64,000 nucleotides of DNA from a virus (taxonomy: Duplodnaviria > Caudoviricetes). A model generated the notes under the pieces. It did not search any database and had not been told where the DNA came from. It saw nothing but the letters and a program-made list of their open reading frames with translations. The translations under genes and the position numbers were made by a program. The DNA is taken from the IMG/VR virus record IMGVR_UViG_3300013105_000022, positions 32,001 to 96,000 of that record. One strand, given 5' to 3'. The first letter of the stretch is position 1. Every line of letters starts with the position of its first letter. Below are positions 1-10,860 of this stretch, one piece after another.

Positions 1-64
1 CATCGCTACGTACGCATGTGAGCAAATCGCGGTACAGGCCTAGAAAAGTTTCTTGAAAAAGGGG

Positions 65-94
65 TTGACACGTCCTAGGGAGGGTGCGTAAGGT
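65..94 (+). promoter_or_regulatory. SigA-type early promoter
   Basis: TTGACA(65-70), 18 nt, TAAGGT(89-94), then AAGGAGG RBS and ATG at 122. Confidence 0.7.
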
Positions 95-121
95 AGGTAC
101 TACCAACCAAGGAGGCACCAA

Positions 122-268
122 ATGTTTCGCATCAAGGCTCACAACCCGTTCGGACTCGACTACGACCTCACGTTCGATGACAAGGGGCAGGCCGCACGAC
201 AGCTTGCACACCTTGCCGCACGTGGAGCCGAGAACATCACCCTCAACGACATCCCCTGGGGAGAGTGA
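122..268 (+). CDS. hypothetical early protein, 48 aa (not in ORF track)
   Basis: Strong RBS; MFRIKAHNPFGLDYDLTF...; stop at 266-268. Confidence 0.7.
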   Translation: MFRIKAHNPFGLDYDLTFDDKGQAARQLAHLAARGAENITLNDIPWGE

Positions 269-617
269 GAATCATGAGCGGAGAGGCTGACGACCTGGAC
301 GACCGCGAAGGTTGGTTTTGGGATCGAGTGATGGGGGAGTAACAAGAATTTGGGGACAGGGTGAACCGAAGCCCGGAAGGGCTGGAGGGGTTAAACCGAC
401 AGCGCCTGTGATTCGGCTTGGAAAAAGGGCAGGGTTGGTGTAACCCCGATCCCTTAGGTTGGTTTACAGTTGAGGCCCCGTTGCCATACCTACAGCTTAG
501 TGTGGCCGTGCGCTATCTGTCAAGAGGGAATCTCAAGAAACTTTTCTGAGATTGGGGGTTGCGCTCGCCGCATGACCCGTGTCATACTGGGGGTACACAC
601 CAACCAAGGAGCACGTC

Positions 618-806
618 ATGGAAATCTTCCTCACCATCATCACCATCCTCGCAGTGTTCGGCGTGTTCGCCCTTGGAGCGGCCATCATGGAGGCCCTGGA
701 CATCCCCGGCATCATCGTCACGGGAGGCCTGGTTATCCTCGCCATCGTGGCCCTGGCCGGTGTCTTCCCCCTCATCTGGGGCGCAGGATACTTCGGGATT
801 GCCTAA
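618..806 (+). CDS. small membrane protein
   Basis: AAGGAG RBS, two hydrophobic segments; upstream region resembles that of the first gene. Confidence 0.7.
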   Translation: MEIFLTIITILAVFGVFALGAAIMEALDIPGIIVTGGLVILAIVALAGVFPLIWGAGYFGIA

Positions 807-1264
807 CCATGTACAGCCCCCCGCCTTTCCCTCCGACCGACCTGGAGCGACTTATCAACATGGGCTACACCGAGGAGTACGCCCGCGAAGTACTGAAGCA
901 GAAGGAGGCTTGACCCATGTACAGCCTTGAAGCCCTTATCTCGTTTATCGCCTACACCGCCGTAGCCGTGGCCCTCATCTGGGCTATCGGCTGGGCACTG
1001 ACCCGGAGGTTCGACAAGTGACCATCACCATGACCAAGAAAATCCGTATCTTCGGATTCTGGATCACCTACAGCCGTACCACTCTCATCCCCTACCCGGA
1101 GGCCTGAATCATGTTCTACGTCATCATTCAAACCCACGTGTGGGAAGCCATCTACGGACCCTTTGAGACCGTACAGGAGGCCCTTGAGGAGAAGAGCCGC
1201 CTGATCGACAGCTACCCGCACGTGGTCGCCCGCGTAGTCGCAGAAATCGCCTAGGAGGCCTGAC

Positions 1265-1585
1265 ATGTACACCATCACCCACAAGCACACCTTGACCCCC
1301 GTAGGCGGCGCACAGAAGGTCGCTACCGTCGAGGAGGCGGAGGCCATCGTCATCTTCGCAAGGGTGGCCCTGGGGGAAGACCTGACCTACGTCAAGGACG
1401 AACCCACGCCCGAGCAGGAGGCAGAACACGCCCGTCTGCTCAAGGCCCTTCAGAGCGCCCGTAACTACAGCTACGAGGCCAACATGGGTGACTACAGCAT
1501 GGCGAGCATCAAGCATGCCAAGGCGCAGGTAGACGCCGCTAAGCAGGCCCTGATCGACGCAGGATACGAGGTTCCGACATGGTAA
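1265..1585 (+). CDS. hypothetical protein
   Basis: GGAGG RBS, typical codon bias. Confidence 0.7.
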   Translation: MYTITHKHTLTPVGGAQKVATVEEAEAIVIFARVALGEDLTYVKDEPTPEQEAEHARLLKALQSARNYSYEANMGDYSMASIKHAKAQVDAAKQALIDAGYEVPTW

Positions 1586-1842
1586 GGGACTTCGACTGGG
1601 CACTGTGGGCGAAGAACTTCCCCGTCAAGGTGGAACGTGAAGCCGCAGTAGCAGGGATGCCCGCAGGTATCAGCATCACCCGCGCAGGGCAGAGCGTATT
1701 CTTGAGCATGGAGGAGCTTTCCGCCATCGTGTGGACCGAGGAGAAGGTACCCCCGAAGCTGGACCCCTTTCCCCTGAACACCTACACGGGCAAGTTCGAC
1801 CCTCGCCCGGAGTACTCACAGAACCCGGAGGACTACAAGTGA
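1579..1842 (+). CDS. hypothetical protein
   Basis: Overlap-coupled with neighbours. Confidence 0.65.
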   Translation: MVRDFDWALWAKNFPVKVEREAAVAGMPAGISITRAGQSVFLSMEELSAIVWTEEKVPPKLDPFPLNTYTGKFDPRPEYSQNPEDYK

Positions 1843-2165
1843 CCGTACACGACGACCTGACGCTCATTCGCCGGGAGTTGGCTATCACGGGTACAGACGA
1901 AGCTTGGGAGGCCCTGAAGCGGCTTGAGAAGGCCGTAGAGGAGCTTTCCAATGCGGCACGTAACGCCATCGGAGCACTGATCGCAGAACCGGAGCCGGTC
2001 TACGAGTACGGGGTAAAGTACTCACTCTCTCTGGAGGCGCACGGGGAGGGCAAGTTCGGCTACTACTGGGCACCGAGCTACAGCCATGCACGAGAGGATG
2101 CACAGGACTCGGGTAGCACCGTAGTACGCCGCACCAAGGCCGGACCCTGGGAAGAGGTCAAGTAA
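1839..2165 (+). CDS. hypothetical modular early protein
   Basis: GTG start overlapping upstream stop; N-module like 5140/5424, C-module like 10543. Confidence 0.65.
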   Translation: MTVHDDLTLIRRELAITGTDEAWEALKRLEKAVEELSNAARNAIGALIAEPEPVYEYGVKYSLSLEAHGEGKFGYYWAPSYSHAREDAQDSGSTVVRRTKAGPWEEVK

Positions 2166-2308
2166 TGTTCCGTTTCTGGTACTTCGATCCGGGCTACATC
2201 TCCCATACACACCGTGCCGTCACCGCAGGAGACGTGCGTACCATGACAGCCTGGACCCCACTTGGACCGGGCGAGTACATCATCTACGAGAGCTAAGGAA
2301 ACAAGATT

Positions 2309-2461
2309 ATGGCAAGCAACATCGTACGCCCCGACGCACAAGGCCGGGTTAGCCTGGCACGGTTCGGAGTACAGCCGGGGCAGACGTTCAGCATGTACGT
2401 CGAGCAGAACGGGCGTATCCACCTGACCCCCGTACCCGAGGACTGGAAAGAGGAGGACTGA
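2309..2461 (+). CDS. AbrB/MazE-like DNA-binding microprotein, 50 aa (not in ORF track)
   Basis: MASNIVRPDAQGRVSLARFGVQPGQTFSMYVEQNGRIHLTP fits the D-x-x-GR-V...G-x-I-x-L-x-P swapped-hairpin pattern. Confidence 0.55.
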   Translation: MASNIVRPDAQGRVSLARFGVQPGQTFSMYVEQNGRIHLTPVPEDWKEED

Positions 2462-2634
2462 CCTATGGCACTGACATGGGAAGAGCGTGACAGCATCGCC
2501 CTGAACCTCATCTGGGATGAGTACGGGGAGTTCGACGGACTGAACAAGGCCATCGCTAGCGGGGAGTTCGACTTCTCTACGGTACGCCGCCTCATCCGTG
2601 AGGGTATCGAGCGTGCACAGGAGGGGGAGAGCGC

Positions 2635-3141
2635 ATGAACGAATATGAGCGTAAGCAGGCTGAGGAGCTTGCAGAGAAGGCCTATCCCTCAAGGCCGTTC
2701 TACGAGACCGGTATCAACCCCTGGCCGCAGTCATTCCGTGACGCCTTTATCGAGGGCTACGAGGCCGCACTGGAGACCGTAGCGCCTACAGAGGGCACGG
2801 CAGAGGAAGCAGAGCGCCTTTTGCACGAGTCCCTGGCACAGAAGCAGGGTGTAGCGACGAACTTCTTGCAGGAGATTCGCCCCGCACACGAGGTCTACGC
2901 GGAGAGGACACGAGGGGCGACCTACAAGGACGGCGTACAGCTTGACCCCAATCGACCGGAACCCCCGTTCCCTGGAGGCCCTACCCTGGACCCCTTGCCT
3001 TGGGTATGTGACTTCCACCCGTATGAGCGCTGGGCATATCCGCCCACATCTAGCCATTTCGAGCCTAGAGATGGCTACTCACAGGAGCGGAAGGACTACA
3101 TGCACAACTCTAGGTGGGACGGAGATAACCCGAATGTCTGA
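2635..3141 (+). CDS. hypothetical protein
   Basis: RBS, codon bias. Confidence 0.65.
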   Translation: MNEYERKQAEELAEKAYPSRPFYETGINPWPQSFRDAFIEGYEAALETVAPTEGTAEEAERLLHESLAQKQGVATNFLQEIRPAHEVYAERTRGATYKDGVQLDPNRPEPPFPGGPTLDPLPWVCDFHPYERWAYPPTSSHFEPRDGYSQERKDYMHNSRWDGDNPNV

Positions 3142-3529
3142 GTACATCGCAGGGAGCGCGGAGGCAGAGGTAGAGCGTATGCGTAGGGTGCTGGACGAAG
3201 CCCTGCCCGCCATCTTCGGAGCATTCGCGGAGTTGGTACCCGAGACCTATGGACGTAGCGGAGACGAGCTTACAGAGCGTGACGTTGCTATCCGGGCGGG
3301 CTACAGCATGGTGCACTACATCGCTAAGGAGATTGCTACCGGCAACGGGCAGGGCATCTACGATCTTCCCAGCGTACTGGACCTCATGAAGACCCTCCGG
3401 AAGGAGCGCGAGGAGAACGGCGTAGCTAGAGCTTGGGACGAGGGGTTCTATGCGGGCGAGTACTACGGCCTTGGTATGAGCCGTGCACCGCAGAACCCCT
3501 ACCTGAGGAAGATGAGAGGCGAAGAATGA
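3134..3529 (+). CDS. hypothetical protein, AWDEG...NPY family
   Basis: Start MSEYIAG; C-terminal motif shared with 3747 and 4004. Confidence 0.65.
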   Translation: MSEYIAGSAEAEVERMRRVLDEALPAIFGAFAELVPETYGRSGDELTERDVAIRAGYSMVHYIAKEIATGNGQGIYDLPSVLDLMKTLRKEREENGVARAWDEGFYAGEYYGLGMSRAPQNPYLRKMRGEE

Positions 3530-3741
3530 AAGTCATCCCGCATCAGAAGCCTACGAAAGGCCCGAGGGTGTACAGAGAACCCAAGCCTAAGCGCTACTGG
3601 GTAGAGTGGTTTAGCTACAGCGAAGACCGCTGGATCATGAAGGACGACTACAGGAGCGCATGGAATGCGAAGGGCTGGGCACGCTACTGGGAGGACATCA
3701 GCCCCGAAGTCGCGTGGAGAGTAGTGGATACGAGAGGATAG
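3526..3741 (+). CDS. hypothetical protein
   Basis: ATGA-coupled start. Confidence 0.6.
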   Translation: MKVIPHQKPTKGPRVYREPKPKRYWVEWFSYSEDRWIMKDDYRSAWNAKGWARYWEDISPEVAWRVVDTRG

Positions 3742-3746
3742 GACAC

Positions 3747-4007
3747 ATGACGTATGACAGAGAAGCCCTGACGAAGGTGATCGCTGACAACCAGTACTGG
3801 ACTAGGCGCATGTCAGACGGGTACCTGAGCACCGGGCAGAACGACCCCGAGGACATCGCGGATGCCGTGATCGCCTACCTGGAGTCTACGGGTGCACTTG
3901 CCAAGGCCTGGAGTGAGGGCTACGACGAAGCTATGGACGACATCGGGGCTGACGACGTGAACGATGGATTCGGCACGAGTACGAACCCCTACAGGAGGAC
4001 AGAATGA
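3747..4007 (+). CDS. hypothetical protein, AWDEG...NPY family
   Basis: AKAWSEGY...TNPYR. Confidence 0.65.
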   Translation: MTYDREALTKVIADNQYWTRRMSDGYLSTGQNDPEDIADAVIAYLESTGALAKAWSEGYDEAMDDIGADDVNDGFGTSTNPYRRTE

Positions 4008-4279
4008 CTCTCCCATCTGAGCAGTACTATGACCCTACCAATAGAGGGCTGAAGGCTGAAGAGTACGTACGGGAAATCTATGTGAACTACGAGAATGCCG
4101 GTGACCTGGATGGCTTTAGCGGATACTACGCCGGAGCCGACTTCGACGCATGGCTGAAGGCCGTACGTGCACAGGCATGGGACGAGGGCAGGGAAGCTGA
4201 GGCAGAAGCGCAATTCCAGGATGCCGGATACGGGAACGTACAGCACCCGGAGAACCCCTACAGGAAGCCCCTTGGATAG
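4004..4279 (+). CDS. hypothetical protein, AWDEG...NPY family
   Basis: AQAWDEG...ENPYR. Confidence 0.65.
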   Translation: MTLPSEQYYDPTNRGLKAEEYVREIYVNYENAGDLDGFSGYYAGADFDAWLKAVRAQAWDEGREAEAEAQFQDAGYGNVQHPENPYRKPLG

Positions 4280-4306
4280 GCGCACGTAAGCGCGTATACA
4301 TAGACC

Positions 4307-6849
4307 ATGACAGAGCCAACACCAACCGAGGCAGAGAATGCCGATCCCGCGTTCACCGTAGGCATGATCCGTCTTGCCGCAAGCACCTACAACATCGAGC
4401 CGGTGAAGCATGGCTGAGCCGACCAAGGAGCAGTACGCCTCATTCGGGGAGGCCGTAGCAGGCATCATGGACGGCTACCTCTTCGACACAGCCGACTGGA
4501 CCGAAGAGGACCGCAACAGCACTTTCGTACAGGCCGTAATGCTTGCCGCAAGCGTCTACGGAATCGATCCCAAGGAGCACCCCGATGACTGACATCCCCG
4601 CCAACTTCCCGTCTGCCGCACAGCTTTCCGCGCTGGGCGCATTCACCCTGGGTACTCTCGACGGGTACCTGAAGGACGGAGGCACAGCAGAGGATGTGCT
4701 TGTCAACATGTTCAAGGGTATCGCTCTGACCGGTATCTCCCTGCCCCTGGACGGTGACTGATATGGGCGACGACTTGCAGTATTCGCCGATTGACTACTC
4801 GCCCTTGGAGAAGCGGGTAGAGAGGCGCGACATCTACCCGTGGGGTACGTTCATCATCGACCCCGCAACGGGTCTGCCTCAGCTTGAGGACGGCATGTTC
4901 TTCCGTGTGAAGCGTGTGTTTTTGAGCGGTGGACACTGGAAGGTGAGCTTGCGCAGGCGCGGGGCATTCTGGAGTCACGAGCTTCAATCCCGTACATGGG
5001 GACCGGAGGACGCTATCGATGCGCCCCACATCCTGGATGGTGCCGCATTCGCCCTGACTCACTACTGGGAGGCAGAGGAAGCCCGCAAGGTTGAGAGCAA
5101 CGAGAGCTTGCTGGGTAACTATCCCCCGAAGAGGCTTCCATGAGTGCCCGCGACGACGTACGTACCCTGAGGGACTTCCTGTCTCGCCAGGGGAGCACGG
5201 AGGCCGCATGGAAGGCTCTTGACCGTATCGAAGAGGCTTTGCCTAAGCCCGCCTACGAAACGGGTTACTACCAGCTTTCCGTATCCGGGCTGTACTGGTA
5301 TGAAGGCAGTACAGATGTCTGGTACGACGTGACGCAGGGATACAAGACTACAACCTACCCCAGAACGGTGAACACGGGCGAGCTTGTGCGCCTGTACCGT
5401 GCAGACGAAGTGAGCGCACTGGCATGAGCCTGAGAGAAGACGCACGTACTGTGCGTTACCACATCGAGGACGACCTGAGCACTGAAAGGGCGCGGGAGGC
5501 TCTGAAAGCCTTCGAGCGCATCGAAGCGACCTTGCCTAAGCCCATGACTATGCAGGAGCAGTTCGAGGAGTACCCCATCGGTACCGTCTTCGAGCTTCAC
5601 GACCTGGGAATGCAGTTCGTGAAGGTAGCAGATCGCGCTCTGGTGCGTTCCACCCTCAACGGCAATGGCAAGCTCATCACGGAGTACTACTCCAACCTGT
5701 TCACCGAGAACGTTTACGAGCACTGGAAATGGATGGACACAGTGGGAATGAGGATCGTCAATGAAAAGCCGTGAAGAAGTATTCGCCAAGAGCGCGCAGT
5801 TGTACCCGGACTTCGGTAGCTCGGAGCACCACGGAAGGTCTCTGGGCTTCGAGGAGGGCGCTTTCTGGATCGGTAAGCAGGAGAGCGTACCCACGAGGAA
5901 CGACGTTGTTGCCGAGGCGGAACGCCGCTACGAAATCGAAGAGGGCGACGGGGCATCTGCCATCGTAGCCGTGTGGAGGCGTAGTGGCTTTGTGCTGGGC
6001 GCATCGTGGGCCGTGGACGGGATGCTGGACTGATGACTGTGAGCTTCGACAACGAAGGACTGCCGGTACTCCCTGAGGGGTACTTTTGGCGCATCACTGA
6101 CGTAAGGATGGGATTCTGGGAAGTGCAGTTGCGTAAGCGCATGCTTATCGGATCGCGCACCGTGGAGAGAGCAGTTCACGATAGCTGGGAACCCATCACA
6201 CGCTCCAGTGTCCAGGAGGGCGCTCTGTACGCCTACACCAACTGGGTAGACCCTACCTACTATGATCGGATTGAGGCACAGGTGTTCGGCACCACAGACA
6301 GAAGCCTGATTGGAGACCGATGAGCAGTGACATGAAGGACGCCCGCTGGGGTCTTGCCTTGAGCTTCGCTGAGCGTGAGGGTAAGGAATTCACGGACTAC
6401 AGCTACGCCGAGTTCGAGCGCTTGCTTGACCGGGCGCAGGATGTGCTCAACGATCACCCCGAGTACGTCGCTCACTGGGCAGGCGTATTCAGAACGGTCG
6501 AGCCGTGAGAGCTAAGTACGCACATGCCATTCGCTACGGCATCATGAAAGGTCGCCAGACGCGATACGGTGACGTAGACGATCCCTACTACAAGCTCCGC
6601 TCAGACATCATCTGGGGCTGGAGTGAGTATGACCTTAGAGAGCTTGCCCTGAAGGCCTTCGAGCACACCTGGCAGACAGAGACCGCTACACGCATGCAGG
6701 ACTACTCTGAGGAGGAGCGTGCAGAGGCACAGCGTATCTTTGAGCGCCGGTGGCAGATTCACACCGAGAGTCGTGAGGAGCGTCAGGTGCGTCTCCTCCG
6801 CGAAGAGGTACAAGACCTCAAGGAACGATTGCTGAAGATCGAGCAGTAA
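4307..6849 (+). other. run of about 10 small coupled hypothetical genes (4307, 4410, 4585, 4754, 5140, 5424, 5761, 6033, 6320, 6505)
   Basis: ATGA/GTGA overlaps, consistent codon bias, internal paralogy. Confidence 0.65.
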
Positions 6850-6851
6850 AC

Positions 6852-6886
6852 AAAACCCCCTAGCCTATCTCAAGCTAGGGGGTTTT
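6852..6886. terminator. intrinsic, probably bidirectional terminator
   Basis: AAAACCCCCTAGC / GCTAGGGGGTTTT inverted repeat right after the stop at 6849. Confidence 0.8.
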
Positions 6887-6993
6887 GTTGTGCCCTGGTA
6901 GGCTCTACACGGTGGCTAGGAGCGACTATAAGAGCGTTTCGGGTACCCGCGTACGTCGCGAGCGTTCCAGGCCCTTACAGGGGCGCACACAGA

Positions 6994-7023
6994 AATCCCC
7001 CTCCGATGTTCTGGAGGGGGATT
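6994..7023 (-). terminator. terminator of the leftward cassette
   Basis: AATCCCCCTCC / GGAGGGGGATT inverted repeat. Confidence 0.65.
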
Positions 7024-7040
7024 CTTGCATGTATGGGGAG

Positions 7041-8155
7041 CTAGAGCACCCACAACCATTGAATCAGGGAGATGAACCACACGATGATCGTGAGCATGAG
7101 GAACATGATCCAGTAGACGATCATTCCCCAGATGAAGGCGAACCCCGTCCAGTCTCCGTCCTCAGTACCCCACACGAGAAACGTGAAGATACCCAGAGCG
7201 ATCATGCCGATGATGCTGATGACCACCCACTGCCCGAATGAGTACTGCCCGAAGAAATCGACAGCGACAAGCATCAGAACAGGATTTGCAGGGCGAAGGT
7301 TCCGGCGATGACGGAAGCGATGAATGCCAGGATCGCGGCAATGGGACTCTCCCTGAAGAGACCTCCAGCCAGAAGTGCGAGGCCGAGCCAGACGATGACG
7401 AGAAGGATGCCGAGGAAGATCACTGGAGCACCCCCGCATCTTCCAGGAGGAACGAGCCGAAGTTCATCACTCCGACGAAGACGACGAAGAGCGCGACGAT
7501 GGACACCCACAGGGCGGTCCACTTGCGACCCTCAGCGAATGCCGCTCCTGCCAAGAAGGCATCAACGAGCGCCAGGATGGGCAGAAAGATTCCAAAGAAA
7601 AGGTTCATGATGTATGTATACGCCTCTCAGGCCTTAATGATAAGAATGATTCCACTGGACAGTGCCAGGGAGAAACCGCCGATGAAGAGTCCTCCCAGGA
7701 TGCACACCCCGGCGAACCACCACCACTTCCCCGGAACGTCAGACAGGGGAAGAGTCGAAGCGATCTGGAGACAGCCGTACCAGGCCACGAGGGCAAGGAA
7801 CGCGAGAAAGACCAGGCCACCGCCTGCAAGAATCTCCCAGATCATGATGTGAATGTGAAGTAGAGGCCAAGCGCGAAGAACATCACTCCGCAGAAGCCCA
7901 TTGCCGGGGAGTCGTTGAGGATTCCTGTCACGCCGATGAAGACGCCACAGAAGATGATGAAGAGTCCGCAAAGCAGAACGATGGACATAGTTATTTCCTT
8001 TCGATGACCCGCAGGACGATGCCTGTCAGGAAGATGAGCAGGCCCGCGCCCGCCATGACGATGGTGGCCCAGGGGCCTTGCTTTTCGATCTGCGTAGCCG
8101 CGACTCCGGCCATCACCAGGAGCCACACCCCCGCGATCACGAGTCCAGTTGGCAT
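7041..8155 (-). other. six tandem small membrane proteins (7041-7274, 7274-7423, 7420-7608, 7627-7848, 7842-7988, 7991-8155)
   Basis: Each 48-77 aa, mostly two hydrophobic helices, mostly stop/start coupled. Confidence 0.65.
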
Positions 8156-8339
8156 CAGATGTCCATAGCGGAGGCGCGACGTTCGCCCTCACACATCCAG
8201 TAGTTTGAGTGATCGTCGTAGATTTCCTCCGCGAACGGGTCAGGACCGAAGGTCTCAACTCCGTCACAGAGGTCCCCCTTGACGTTGCCCTCAAAGGTGG
8301 GGCACTCTCCGGGCTTGTGGTTGGTCATGTTCTTTCCTT

Positions 8340-8627
8340 TCAGATAGGGGTTACTGTCCAGCAGTCTTCAAGATTGGCCCCGCAGTGGCAGAGGGTGTTT
8401 TTGGATGTAATGAGGTCCAGGTTCCAGTTGTAGGAGTTCTGGCAGATGAGGAAGTCCTTACCGTTGCAGGCTACACGCTTTCGAGCGACAACGGTGTGTG
8501 TACACGTCGGTGACGTATCCGGCCCGTGCGAAGCCTGACAGTGAATGTCATCCGCGAACATCCACAACTCCATGATGAGGATGTCGAGTGCCTTGTTGTA
8601 CTCAGTCACAGTGTCTTCCATAGCCAT
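8340..8627 (-). CDS. Cys/His-rich hypothetical protein
   Basis: Several Cys and His, CHCG; possible metal binding. Confidence 0.6.
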   Translation of the reverse strand: MAMEDTVTEYNKALDILIMELWMFADDIHCQASHGPDTSPTCTHTVVARKRVACNGKDFLICQNSYNWNLDLITSKNTLCHCGANLEDCWTVTPI

Positions 8628-8632
8628 GCCTT

Positions 8633-8848
8633 TCAGTCGAGGGGCCAGTCGTACCCAGCGCGGCGTACATCACCACGAAGGTTCTTCATGCCCCGCGAGT
8701 CCGAGACGGACAGGTGCATGGTGAGAATCTTGGTGCCGTTGGCTGGGAACAGCCGGTATCCCTCACCCGTACGCTTGATAGTGAATCCCTGATCCTCAAG
8801 ACCGTTGAGGAGTCGGGACAAGTCCTTGTTGCTTAGTGTCTTTGCCAT
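8633..8848 (-). CDS. HicA-like dsRBD-fold protein
   Basis: KDLSRLL...QGFTIKRTGEGYRL...MHLSVSD.RGMKNLRGDVRRAG; leaderless behind TTGACA-18-TATGGT. Confidence 0.6.
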   Translation of the reverse strand: MAKTLSNKDLSRLLNGLEDQGFTIKRTGEGYRLFPANGTKILTMHLSVSDSRGMKNLRGDVRRAGYDWPLD

Positions 8849-8925
8849 GTCTCAACCATAGAGGCACGTGTGCGTCTATGTCAAGCCCTCTTGCAAAGTT
8901 TTTTCTTACGTGCTACCTTGGGCGT
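8849..8925. promoter_or_regulatory. divergent leaderless SigA-type promoters
   Basis: Minus: TTGACA-18-TATGGT-6nt-ATG(8848). Plus: TTGCAA-17-TACCTT-6nt-ATG(8926). Confidence 0.65.
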
Positions 8926-10851
8926 ATGAATGAATTGGAGAAGCGTGCAGAGGCGGAAGCCGAACGCCGCTGGCCTAGCCCTAACACCGCCTTCTACGAC
9001 GGACTGCGTATCGGATTCAAGCTCGGGTACATGGCACGTGTCGCAGACCAAATTCTGGAACTGGAGGACTGACGTGGAACCTGAGAAGAGACGAAGCGCA
9101 GTACCAGGATGTCTGACCCTCATCGCGCTCTACCTGTTCAGTCAGTACATTCTCATCACACTGATCGCACACTACTTCGGAGGTAACTGACATGGACCCC
9201 GTAATCACATCCGGTGTTGGAGTAGGCCTCATCGTAGGCTTCCTCATCGGAATGCTCGTATCCAACCTCATCTGGCAACGCTGGCAGAAGCGTGAGGAAG
9301 AGATTCGTGTCGAAGTGACCAAGAAGATCGACAAGTGGAAAGAAGACCAGGCGGCAGGGAAGCCCTGGACTCCACACCCCAAAGACGACCCTGCCATCTC
9401 AGAAAGGCATTGGTAATGGACCCAGTAGTAGCAGTACTCAGTACGGCAGGAGTTATCCTGCTCATCATCACCGGCGTGGCCGTCACCTTGGCGAACCTCG
9501 CAGTGCGTAAGGACAAGGACTAATGGAAGCAACCGAAGAATTCAAGGAGGGCGACAAGGTTCGCCTGATCGGAGAAGGATGGGGTGCAGACCTCATCGGA
9601 GAAGAGGACGAGCGCGGCAAGATCGCGACCGTTACAAAGGTGGTAGAGGGATTCGTCTTCTACCGCGTCGAAGGGTACGTGGGCGATTTCGTCATGTGCC
9701 GTGGATGGGAAGTGGAGAAGGTATGAAGAACCTGACAGTAGACGACTACCGCAGACTGTTCACTCGTGATGCCCTGGAGCAGTTGATCCACATGGGAGAG
9801 AGGGAAGTGTACGACCCTGAGGTACGTCGCGAGGTCGTCAAGATCAAGGAAGCCCTCAAGGAGCCAGAATGACGTACGCACCACTGGAAGCCGCCGCACG
9901 TTTCTTCGGAAAGCGCCCGTGGTGGCTGGAGAACATGGTCAACGCCATCGTTCGTGCTGAGCTTCTTCGCCTCGCGGACGTGTGTGAGGATAGCGCATCG
10001 TGGTCGGAGAACAACTTCATTTCCGGACCCAACTCCGAGTACGCCATCCGGCGTGACCGTGACACTGCTGAATGGCTGAGAGAGGTCGCATATGAGTGAC
10101 GACATGCAGGTACTCCCCTGCGGGTGCAGGATGTACAACGTAGGTGACGCCTTCGTTTATGAAACCCATGCCCTTGACTGTGAGTTCTACCTGTACTTCT
10201 TGGAGCAGTCTGAGAAGCTGGGAAAACCACCGACATTTCTGGAGATTTAATGAGTGACATCAGTGATTGGGAGAGCGAGGGTGGTGCGTGCTACAACCGG
10301 AGCTACGAAGACCTCACTCTCGCTCAGAAGGTGGGAATCCTCTACCGGCTTGCATACGCGACGTACCCGCAAATCTCCTACAGTGAGATGGACGGTGGCA
10401 TTTTCTGGAAATCCTTGACACAGCACAAGGAGGGGGATACCATCGAACACGAGGGTAAAACCTACCGCGTCATCTACGACGGGTGGGCATGGATGAACTA
10501 TGGCCCCACCATCATCTACGGATCGGAACTTGAGGAAGTGAAATGACCGAACACGGCATCGAAGTACCCAGCATCATCGGAACGACACGCCTGGGACCTA
10601 TCGGCATCGAAGAGCTTGACCAGCTTCTGGAGCAGGCCTACCTCAAGGGCTTCAGTGATGGAGCCGATCAGGGTTTCGCTGACGCCCACGACTGCATTCC
10701 TAAGGAGTATGGGTGGGCGGGGGACGCACAGGCGAACACCTTCTACGATACCCTCGAAGAGGCCGAAGAGTACATGGGAGAGCCGAAGCTGTTCCAGCGT
10801 CGTTCTGCCGGTCCCTGGGAGCAGTTTGACAATTCCTCAGAGGGTGTGTAA
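8926..10851 (+). other. run of small hypothetical and membrane genes (8926, 9074, 9192, 9416, 9523, 9723, 9869, 10250, 10543)
   Basis: Coupled ORFs with RBSs. Confidence 0.6.
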
Positions 10852-10860
10852 CCTGAAGCC

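Noticed and set aside
1-120. Physical genome end or terminal repeat
   Set aside because: Plausible given the early promoters, but cannot be shown without the other end or read data.
8340-8848. Complete HicAB toxin-antitoxin pair
   Set aside because: Neighbouring gene is Cys/His-rich and does not resemble HicB.
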